Positions 48,113 through 56,185 of a stretch of DNA of 64,000 nt are shown here, in pieces (within the stretch, counting starts at the first letter, position 1; each line of letters begins with the position of its first letter). The position numbers and the translations under genes were made by a program. The stretch covers positions 1,733-65,732 of the forward strand of contig JAQBQF010000343.1 of the NCBI GenBank assembly GCA_028287115.1, in the 5' to 3' direction. This DNA is from Myxococcales bacterium. GTDB lineage: Bacteria; Myxococcota_A; Polyangia; Haliangiales; Haliangiaceae. Under the pieces are notes generated by a model, which was given only the letters and a program-made list of their open reading frames with translations, was not told the origin of the DNA and did not search any database.

Positions 48113-48442
48113 TTACATCGGGGTCGCCGGATCGGCGTGCTTACCGATCCGCCGCGCGAGCTCGCGCTCTTGGTCGTCTTGCGCGAGCAGGCAGACCTGC
48201 ATCAGCCAGTCGGTCGCGCACACCGGCACGAGGCGATTGGCCGGATCTTGCTCCGCCTTCCAGCGCCACAGGACGCCGAGCGAGGCGCGCTCTAGAATCC
48301 GGATCAGATTATTGACGTAGCCTTCACTGCGTCCGAGCGTCCGGGCGATCTGCGGTCCGGTGATGCCGCGGTCGCGAAGCAGCTTGCACCAGACGGCGAG
48401 GTCGTAGGTCCCTGCGAACTCGATCGGGGTCGTCGTCTCCAC
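48113..48442 (-). CDS. small ParB/KorB-like HTH-only protein
   Basis: GITGPQIARTLGRSEGYVNNLIRILE matches the ParB helix-turn-helix pattern. No ParB N-terminal or dimerisation domain. Confidence 0.55.
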   Translation of the reverse strand: METTTPIEFAGTYDLAVWCKLLRDRGITGPQIARTLGRSEGYVNNLIRILERASLGVLWRWKAEQDPANRLVPVCATDWLMQVCLLAQDDQERELARRIGKHADPATPM

Positions 48443-48513
48443 GCAACATCAACGCTCGTGATGGTCGACTCATTCGATGGTGCAACGCGTCCGCCGTCGG
48501 CCACGCTGCAGAC

Positions 48514-49272
48514 ATGCGGTTCACCGACAAAGTGTTTCTGGTTACCGGCGCGGGGCGCGGTATCGGACGCGCGATCGCCAAGCGGCTCGCCGAAGAAGGG
48601 GGCCGGGTGTGCGTGGTCGATTCGGACGTCGCCGCCGGGCGCGATGCGGCCGACGAGTACGGCGACCGCGTCCGGTTCGAGCGGTGCGACGTGTCTCGCG
48701 AGCCGGACGTTCGTCGTGCGGTCCGCGCGGCGGTCGCCTGGGGCGGACGGCTCGACGGTGCCGTCGCCAACGCCGCGATCGTCCACCCCGAGGTCGGACC
48801 GACCGAGCGGCTCGCGCTCGCGACGTGGCAGAAGTACCTCGCGGTGAACCTGACCGGGACGTTCCTGCTCGCCAAGCACGCGATCCCACACCTCCGGCGC
48901 TCGCACGGCTCGATCGTCACCCTCGGATCGACCCGCGCGATCCAGTCCGAGCCCGACACGGTGGCGTACTCGGCGACCAAAGGTGGCATCGTCGCGCTGA
49001 CCCACGCGCTCGCGATCAGCCTCGGTCCCGAGATCCGGGCCAATTGCATCAGCCCGGGCTGGATCGCGACCGACGAGTACGCACCCCGGAAGTCCCGGAA
49101 GCGTCCGGATTTACGTGCCGTGGACAACGCGCAGCACCCGGTGGGACGTGTCGGTCGACCGGAAGACGTTGCCGGACTGTGCGCCTGGCTACTGTCCGAG
49201 GAGGCAGGCTTCGTGACCGGGACGAACTACATCGTGGACGGGGGGATGACCCGCAAGATGATCTACAAGTGA
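48514..49272 (+). CDS. short-chain dehydrogenase/reductase (FabG-like)
   Basis: TGAGRGIGRAIA and YSATKGG (YxxxK). Confidence 0.92.
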   Translation: MRFTDKVFLVTGAGRGIGRAIAKRLAEEGGRVCVVDSDVAAGRDAADEYGDRVRFERCDVSREPDVRRAVRAAVAWGGRLDGAVANAAIVHPEVGPTERLALATWQKYLAVNLTGTFLLAKHAIPHLRRSHGSIVTLGSTRAIQSEPDTVAYSATKGGIVALTHALAISLGPEIRANCISPGWIATDEYAPRKSRKRPDLRAVDNAQHPVGRVGRPEDVAGLCAWLLSEEAGFVTGTNYIVDGGMTRKMIYK

Positions 49273-49334
49273 CGCGGCGCGCTGCGATCGGTTCGTCCTT
49301 GCCTGATCCCGGCGAATTCCCCACACTAAAGAGG

Positions 49335-50111
49335 ATGTATCGCGACACCGCGACGGATCTCGACGAGCATGACCGCGCAGTCGGCGCGATCTTGATCGGC
49401 GAAGCGTTGATCGACGAGTGCGAACGCGCGGCAACGCGTTCGCGACAGACCGAAACGGTGCCGGCCGCGGAGCGCTGGCGTGCGATGACGGAAGTGCACG
49501 ACACGTATCCCGAGATCTGGCGACACCTCGATCGCGCGCAGCACGTGCTCGCCTCTCGCGGCGCGAACACGATGGCATACGACGAGATGCGACCGCTCAG
49601 GCGCCGCGCGGCAACGCAGGACGGACCGGACGGCTCGCAGTCGATCGACAACGCCGCACTCGAGGATGCGAAGCGCGCGATGGCCGAGCTCAAGCTCGCG
49701 GTGCCCGGCGCCGACTGGGACGCGATCGACGCGCGCACCGAAGGCCTCGTTCGGGCGCCGCTGTCGTTCCACAAGCGCCAGCGCCTCGTGATGGTTTCGG
49801 TCGTCACCTTGTTCGTGCTCGCGGTCATCACCTGGGCCGCCGCGATCGTCCCGAGCCAACGGCCCGATCGTAACGCCGAGATGCGGCACGAGCTGCAAGA
49901 CATCGCGCAGCAGCGCAAGCAGCGCATCGAGACACTTCAGGCGCAGGTCGGCACGCGCTGCGATCCGGTCCAGGTTCACGAGCTCGTCAAGTTGCTCGTC
50001 CTCGATGGTCGCGGTCCCGATGCGGCAGAGTTCGGGGATAGCTACATCGATCGGTGCGGCGAGGACATGGTCGTCGAGCACTGGGCGAACGCACCGCGTC
50101 CCGGTCACTGA
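49335..50111 (+). CDS. single-pass membrane protein, unknown function
   Basis: ATG 49335 after AAAGAGG. TM segment LVMVSVVTLFVLAVITWAAAIV. Confidence 0.6.
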   Translation: MYRDTATDLDEHDRAVGAILIGEALIDECERAATRSRQTETVPAAERWRAMTEVHDTYPEIWRHLDRAQHVLASRGANTMAYDEMRPLRRRAATQDGPDGSQSIDNAALEDAKRAMAELKLAVPGADWDAIDARTEGLVRAPLSFHKRQRLVMVSVVTLFVLAVITWAAAIVPSQRPDRNAEMRHELQDIAQQRKQRIETLQAQVGTRCDPVQVHELVKLLVLDGRGPDAAEFGDSYIDRCGEDMVVEHWANAPRPGH

Positions 50112-50136
50112 CGAAACATGCGACGATGCTCGCGCG

Positions 50137-50889
50137 ATGAGCGAGCGCCCGATGCACACGGTTCCGGGTCTGTTCGACCGGCTGACCCGTCTGTACGGGG
50201 AAGGTGAACGCGCGCTCGCAGAAGGTCGCTTTCAGGATGCGATCGGCATCTTCAGCGAAGGCCTTGGCCTCGACGATCAATTCCGGCTGCGATACGTCAC
50301 GATGTACGCGCAGCGCGCGTTCGCGAAGCAGCGGATGGGCGATCACCAAGGTGCGATCCCGGACTACACGAAGGCGATCCAGATGGAGCCGCCGATCAAT
50401 CAGGCGCAATACCACTTTCATCGCGGGATGTGCTTCGCCGATCTCGAGGACTATCAGCAGGCCGTCTCCGAGTACGCGAAGTCGATCGAGCTGTTCCCCG
50501 ACCATCCCGGCCCGTACCACCTGCGGGGCAAGCTGTTCGCGACGAAGCTCGAGCGTTATCAAGAGGCGATCGCGGACTTCGATCGGATGTTGCAGATGCA
50601 CGGACATCCCGAGGCGCTTCAGTTGCGCGGCTTCGCGAAGCTGAACCTCGGCCGCGGTGCCGAGGCGATTCCGGATCTGTTCGAGTCCAACCGGCTCGAG
50701 CCCGACACGTACACCGACTACTTGCTCGCATGGGCGGGCGCGATCGCGCCCAACGACGAGCTGTTCTATCACTCGATGGAAGCGGTGCTGCGCGCCGACC
50801 CGGGCTACAAGCAGTATTTCTTAGATAACGACGACTACGCGCGATTCGCAGGGCAGCCACGGTTCAAGCAGATCGTCGGCGCCTTTTAA
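50137..50889 (+). CDS. TPR repeat protein
   Basis: Several 34-aa TPR-like units (for example YHFHRGMCFADLEDYQQAVSEYAKSIELFPD). Confidence 0.8.
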   Translation: MSERPMHTVPGLFDRLTRLYGEGERALAEGRFQDAIGIFSEGLGLDDQFRLRYVTMYAQRAFAKQRMGDHQGAIPDYTKAIQMEPPINQAQYHFHRGMCFADLEDYQQAVSEYAKSIELFPDHPGPYHLRGKLFATKLERYQEAIADFDRMLQMHGHPEALQLRGFAKLNLGRGAEAIPDLFESNRLEPDTYTDYLLAWAGAIAPNDELFYHSMEAVLRADPGYKQYFLDNDDYARFAGQPRFKQIVGAF

Positions 50890-50918
50890 CGACGCGATTT
50901 CGGCGTAGATTCTGCGCG

Positions 50919-52670
50919 ATGCATCGCGGTGTTCTCGCGCTCGTGCTCGTGGCTTGTCATTCCCCGGCGTCACCGCGGCCGCAACTGCCGCTCGTCACCA
51001 CCGGAGAGAGCTCGCAGTGGATCCGGACCGGGCACTACGACGAGGCGGTCGCGTTATGTCACGACTTCGCGCGCGTGTATCCGAGCGTGACCTGTGACGA
51101 GATCGGCAAGACCGGCGAGGATCGACCGATCGTCGCGCTGCGAATCGCACGGCATCACGCGCAGCGCGTGCCGGTGATCTACGTGCAGGCGGGCATTCAT
51201 GCCGGCGAGATCGAAGGCAAAGACGCGGGGTTGTGGTTCCTCCGCGATCTGCTCGATGGCAAGGTCGCGCCCGGTGCGCTCGATGCGGTCGACGTCGTGT
51301 TCGTCCCTGTCGTCAATCCCGATGGCCACGAGCGGTTCGGACCGAACAACCGCCCGAATCAGCGCGGCCCCGAGGAGATGGGCTTCCGCACCAACGCCGC
51401 GCGCCTCAACATCAATCGCGACTTCGTGAAAGCGGATACGCCGGAGGCGCAAGCGCTGCTGCGCGTGATCGCAGCACGCGATCCGGTGTTGCTCGTCGAT
51501 CTACACACGACCGACGGCGCGAAGTTCGAGCACGACATCAGCTTCAACACGGCGCCCGTCGCCGCGCGCCCCGGCGATCAGCTCGCCGAGACGGCGCACG
51601 CGTTGTCGGATGCTTTGATCGAGCGGATGACCGCGCTCGGTCACCTGCCGCTCGGGTTCTATCCAACGTTCATCAGCGAAGACGATCCGCTCTCGGGATT
51701 TGCGATCGGCGAGGCGCCCCCGCGGTTCTCGCAAACGTACATGGCGTTGCGTAGCCGGCTCGGCGTGCTCGTCGAGACGCATAGCTGGCGCACGTACAAG
51801 GAGCGGGCGCAGAGCACGTATCACGCGCTGCAGTCGATCTTCGAGCTCGCGACTCGCGAGGCGGCGCGATGGTCGGCCGTGGAGCACGCCGCGGACCGCG
51901 CCGATCAACAGCTGCGCGGCAACCCGCTTCCGGTCGTGTTCGAGAATGGACCCCACACGACCGAGATCGCGTTCCGTGGTTACGCGTTCGAGAAAGTCCC
52001 GTCGGACATCTCGGGCGGAACTTGGACCAAATATGCCGAGTCCAAGCCCGAGGTCTGGCACGTCAAGCTCCACGACGAGCTGATCCCGAAGGTCAGCGTT
52101 GCCGTCCCGAAGGCGGGTTACATCGTCGACGGCGGCTTCGCGCCGCAAATCGGAGCGGTGCTCGCGCGGCATGGAATCGCGTACAGACTGCTGCCTGATC
52201 AGCTTCGCGGTGACGTCGAGGTGTTTCGCGCGACGAAGGTGACGTATCAACCTCCCTTCGAGGGCCGCACGCGCACGCAGCTCGAAGGCGCATGGACGCG
52301 TGAGACGCGGACCTTCGAGCGAGGCGCGATCTTCGTCCCGCTCGCGCAGCCGGCGGTGCGCCTGATCGTGCAGCTACTCGATCCGGCCGCGCCCGACTCG
52401 CTCGCACAATGGGGCGAGCTCAACGTCGTGTTCGAGCGCAGGGAGTACATGGAGCCGTACGTCGCGGAAGAAGCCGCGCGCGCGATGATCGCGAGGGACC
52501 CCTCACTTCGGACGCAACTGGATGCAGCCGTCGCGGCGGATCCCGAGCTCGCCAAGAGCCCGACCCAGCGCCTGGAATGGTTCTATCGCCGGCATCTCGC
52601 GTGGGACGAACGTACCAACCTGTTGCCGATCTATAAGACGGACCGCGATTTCGCGAGGCTTGTGCCGTAG
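50919..52670 (+). CDS. M14 family metallocarboxypeptidase
   Basis: Zinc motif QAGIHAGEIEG, then VPVVNPDGHE, NINRDF and DLHTTDG. Confidence 0.85.
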   Translation: MHRGVLALVLVACHSPASPRPQLPLVTTGESSQWIRTGHYDEAVALCHDFARVYPSVTCDEIGKTGEDRPIVALRIARHHAQRVPVIYVQAGIHAGEIEGKDAGLWFLRDLLDGKVAPGALDAVDVVFVPVVNPDGHERFGPNNRPNQRGPEEMGFRTNAARLNINRDFVKADTPEAQALLRVIAARDPVLLVDLHTTDGAKFEHDISFNTAPVAARPGDQLAETAHALSDALIERMTALGHLPLGFYPTFISEDDPLSGFAIGEAPPRFSQTYMALRSRLGVLVETHSWRTYKERAQSTYHALQSIFELATREAARWSAVEHAADRADQQLRGNPLPVVFENGPHTTEIAFRGYAFEKVPSDISGGTWTKYAESKPEVWHVKLHDELIPKVSVAVPKAGYIVDGGFAPQIGAVLARHGIAYRLLPDQLRGDVEVFRATKVTYQPPFEGRTRTQLEGAWTRETRTFERGAIFVPLAQPAVRLIVQLLDPAAPDSLAQWGELNVVFERREYMEPYVAEEAARAMIARDPSLRTQLDAAVAADPELAKSPTQRLEWFYRRHLAWDERTNLLPIYKTDRDFARLVP

Positions 52671-52679
52671 CCTGTAGAG

Positions 52680-53474
52680 GTGCCACGCGGTCTCGGCATG
52701 CTCCTCACAATGGTTGCGGGCTGCGGCCGTTTCGGATTCGGCGACCGCACGGCGAGTGACGCGGCGAACGATTCGATGAGGGCCGGCGACGCGCGGCCGT
52801 GCATCGCGGTCGGCCACGACGAAGATACCGACGGGATCGATGACGCCTGCGACCTGTGCCCGCATCTCGCGGATCCGGCGCAGACCGACAGCGACGGCGA
52901 TGGCGTCGGTGACGCTTGCGATCCTCGGCCCGGCCTCGCCGATCACATCGTGATGTTCGATCCGATGATCGGTCCACGCACCGACTGGACCTATGCGGGC
53001 GCCGAGACGTTTGTCGGCGACTCGCTCGACGTCGCCGGTGTCGCGAACTCGGTCGGAGAGCACCTCGTGACGCCGCCGGCGATCGAGCTGTTCGATCTCG
53101 GCGGTGTCGTGTCCGCCGTCGGTGCGGGCGCTCGTCAACTGTCGTGGCAGGTCACACCCACGGTGGGTCAGGCGTCGAACTACTGCGAGCTGTACGAAGC
53201 GCCTGCGCTCGAGCTCAATTACGTCTACACGCTCGATGGCATCGGACGAACGCACGTACAAGTCACGCCGATTCCCGGCTCGCTGACCGGTGTCCCGATC
53301 CGGTTCGCGCTGTGGCTGCATCCACCCGCGCTCGATTGCATCGCATTCGTCAACGGCATGATGTACACGGCGGGCGGTCAGCTTCCCGCGGGCGTCGCGC
53401 GCGAACAGGTCTTCCTCGCGGCGAATAACCTCGACGTCCAGATCCGGTCGTTCGTCCGAATCGCGACGCCGTAG
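52680..53474 (+). CDS. lipoprotein with thrombospondin type-3-like calcium-binding repeats
   Basis: Lipobox MVAGCG. DEDTDGIDDACDLCP and DSDGDGVGDACDP. GTG 52680 or ATG 52698 are possible starts. Confidence 0.75.
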   Translation: MPRGLGMLLTMVAGCGRFGFGDRTASDAANDSMRAGDARPCIAVGHDEDTDGIDDACDLCPHLADPAQTDSDGDGVGDACDPRPGLADHIVMFDPMIGPRTDWTYAGAETFVGDSLDVAGVANSVGEHLVTPPAIELFDLGGVVSAVGAGARQLSWQVTPTVGQASNYCELYEAPALELNYVYTLDGIGRTHVQVTPIPGSLTGVPIRFALWLHPPALDCIAFVNGMMYTAGGQLPAGVAREQVFLAANNLDVQIRSFVRIATP

Positions 53475-53817
53475 GGAACCGCCGCGCCATCGATAGCCAT
53501 GGCGTCGAGATGGTTCACCGCGAGGCGTGCGCGCAGCGTGCGGAGATGCGCGGCGTACGCCAGTCCACGCCGGCCCGGTTGCAGCCAAACCTCAACAGCG
53601 AGCGTTCCCGCTCGGATCTTGAAATTTTCCGGTGCTCGGAGGGGCTCGCGCACTCGGGCCCGAATCTCGGGTAGCGCTATGACGGGCTCGCGCGGTCGAG
53701 CGAGCGCGACCGTGACAATTGCGAGCACGAGCGCGTAGGTCCTCGTTCCCGCTGCCGTCGGCCGGCGGTACGACCTTTGCTGAAAGCAGTTCTCGTCTAA
53801 CCAGGAGCCAAGCCGCC

Positions 53818-54540
53818 ATGTCTCGTCTGCCGATCTATCTCGGAGCCTTCTCGTTCGTCGCCCTCGTCGGTTGTGCCACGACCCAGGACAGCTCGGACAC
53901 CCAGGACAAGCTGTCGCCCGTCGCGCCGGTATCGGTGCACACGCCAACGCCGGGTTCGGCGAAGATCCTGCCGAAGTTCTACGCGTCTTACGCGAGCGGC
54001 TTCCGTGCGCTCGACGACACCTTCGAGCTCGGCGACGAGGTCTATCTCGCCGTGCATGGCGGCAACCAGTCGACCATCGGTGATTACTACTTCCATGTCG
54101 TGGATGGAGCGAATGCCGCCGTCTCGCTCTCGACCGATGATGTCTCGTGCCGTCGTATTCATCTCAACGCGATCGGCATCATCGACGCCGTGTACAACGG
54201 CATGGACAACGGCGCGAGCTGCACGCACGCGACGAGCGTCGACACGATCAGCATCGACGGCGGCCTCACGGTGAAGCTGCTGCCTTATGCCGACTCGTCG
54301 GCCGTGACGGTGAATACCGATGGCTCGAAGAAGATCCACTACGCGATCGAGCTGACGCCGGTGCGCGACTACGAGGGCTTGCCGACCGAAGGGCAGCTCG
54401 CGCCGTTCGCGATCTACGTCCCGCAGCTGCCGAACCCGCTGTGCGGCAACGGCGTGGTGGACGAAGGCGAAGAGTGCGACGACGGCAACCGCGTCAGCGG
54501 CGACGGTTGCACCGCGTCGTGCCTGTGCGAGCCGATGTAA
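53818..54540 (+). CDS. lipoprotein ending in a Myxococcus cysteine-rich repeat
   Basis: ATG 53818 after AGGAG. Lipobox VALVGCA. C-terminal [27 protein letters not shown] matches my memory of the TIGR02232-type repeat. Confidence 0.8.
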   Translation: MSRLPIYLGAFSFVALVGCATTQDSSDTQDKLSPVAPVSVHTPTPGSAKILPKFYASYASGFRALDDTFELGDEVYLAVHGGNQSTIGDYYFHVVDGANAAVSLSTDDVSCRRIHLNAIGIIDAVYNGMDNGASCTHATSVDTISIDGGLTVKLLPYADSSAVTVNTDGSKKIHYAIELTPVRDYEGLPTEGQLAPFAIYVPQLPNPLCGNGVVDEGEECDDGNRVSGDGCTASCLCEPM

Positions 54541-54564
54541 TCGGAGCGGTCGCTCGCCGGGCGC

Positions 54565-54590
54565 AAGGATCTCGCGAGGGATCCTTTTCG
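54565..54590. terminator. hairpin between convergent genes, possible bidirectional terminator
   Basis: AAGGATC - tcgcgagg - GATCCTT followed by TTCGTCGTTTC. Confidence 0.45.
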
Positions 54591-54602
54591 TCGTTTCGGC
54601 CG

Positions 54603-55070
54603 TTACTTGCGCCGCGCCGCGCGCGTGACGTGCTGATCGCCGACAAATACGACGAGGCGCCGCTGCGCCCCAACGACGTCGACGACCGCGCGCGTATCGC
54701 CCTCGCGATCGCGCCAACCAATGAGCTTTCCGCGGGTCTCCGCCGGCAAGGCGCGCCAGATCTGCGGAACCGTCTGCGAGACGCGCGCGACTTCGGCGAG
54801 CACCTCGCAACGGAGCACGACTTCATCGCCCACGCGAGGCGAGAACAGCAGCGGTGGCGCCTCGACCGCGATCCAGCCCGAATCGATCAGATCATCGACG
54901 AAGCGCGCGACCAGATCGGCGTCGTCGGCATCGACTTCGAGGGTACGGCGGTCACCGCGGGCGAGTGCGTACAGCACCTGGGGCAGCGGTGACTCGTACA
55001 GCACGAGGCTCGACAGAAAGCGGTCCCCGGACCGGCCATTGACGGTGATGGTGGTCGTCACGTCGAGCAT
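54603..55070 (-). CDS. hypothetical protein
   Basis: 155-aa ORF with host-like high-GC3 codon usage and no recognised family. Confidence 0.6.
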   Translation of the reverse strand: MLDVTTTITVNGRSGDRFLSSLVLYESPLPQVLYALARGDRRTLEVDADDADLVARFVDDLIDSGWIAVEAPPLLFSPRVGDEVVLRCEVLAEVARVSQTVPQIWRALPAETRGKLIGWRDREGDTRAVVDVVGAQRRLVVFVGDQHVTRAARRK

Positions 55071-55487
55071 GACCCAACACTACCGATCGGGGCTGACACA
55101 ACTCGCGCATCACGGAGCACATCACGCCTTTTTTCGAGGACAACAGGACCAGCCACGCGTGCATCCTGGCGAGTCGATCAGCCATGCCGCACGGGGCGCC
55201 GGCAATGCAAAGTCCCTACAATTGCTCGGTCGGACGTCGTCGCTGGGCGCGGCACGGTTGGTGCTCGTGGCGCGCTTTGTCACGACTCGTTGGATCGCAC
55301 TTCTCTCGTCGAACGCGATGCCTAGGACAAGAGGTCGACGCCAGCGCTGTGGGACATCGACGAGTCGATCTTGTTCGGTGGCTCCGTCGGGCCGCGCCCG
55401 TTGTAACGCTTACGCAGCCCTTACGCCGCGGTGACGAGAACCGCGCCATCGTACGAGCACGCGCAAATCACTGCGCTGGAGGCTCCG

Positions 55488-56153
55488 ATGCGACTTGTCT
55501 CTTCGATCGTGTGTGTGGTGATCGCTGCCTGTGGCAGCCAATCGTCCTTGAAGGCCGAGGCGCCCGCGGCGCCGAGTCTGCGAAGCGAGCTCGCGGCGAG
55601 GCGCGCGATCCAGATCGAGCGACTCCACGACTATCGAGTCGCCGGTGAGTTCCCGATGGACGGCGGATTCCCCGCGAGCGTGTTCATCGATGCGGCGGGC
55701 CGCCAGTGCCCGATGGCGGCGTTGATCGCGCAATCGGGTCATGAAGCGTTGGTCGACGAGGTCGCACGCAAGAACAACGAGCTGCGGCTCGCCGATGTTC
55801 ACGAAGGACCGCTCGTCGATTGGATCCTCGAGTCGGGGCTCACGAAGGACGAGGTCGTCGAGATCCAGGGTGCGATGACAATCGAGTTCGGTCCGGGAGA
55901 GCTCGAAACGAAGTCGAATGTGATGACCGCGCTCGTGGAACACATGATTCGCGAGAAGCTGCGCAAGATCGAAGACAAGCTCCGCGTGACGACGGCGGTG
56001 AGCCTGCTGGTCGCCGAGGCGCGCTCGCCGAAGGGGCCCCATGTCCCGTCATTGTTGCCGGCGATGCCGAAGCAGCTCGAAGCGAAGACGCCCTGGATGC
56101 CGAGACGAACCAGCCCGTACGCCATGCTGTTACGGCCGCAGCGCAAACTCTAG
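55488..56153 (+). CDS. lipoprotein, unknown function
   Basis: ATG 55488 lies 5 nt after GGAGG. Lipobox VVIAACGS. Confidence 0.65.
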   Translation: MRLVSSIVCVVIAACGSQSSLKAEAPAAPSLRSELAARRAIQIERLHDYRVAGEFPMDGGFPASVFIDAAGRQCPMAALIAQSGHEALVDEVARKNNELRLADVHEGPLVDWILESGLTKDEVVEIQGAMTIEFGPGELETKSNVMTALVEHMIREKLRKIEDKLRVTTAVSLLVAEARSPKGPHVPSLLPAMPKQLEAKTPWMPRRTSPYAMLLRPQRKL

Positions 56154-56185
56154 CGGTGACGCCGTAACACCCGTAGCCTTCCGAG

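Noticed and set aside
53499-53738. Small ORFs in the 53475..53817 gap (53499..53738 plus strand, 53592..53819 minus strand).
   Set aside because: They are Arg/Ser/Ala-rich noise with no SD and no motif.
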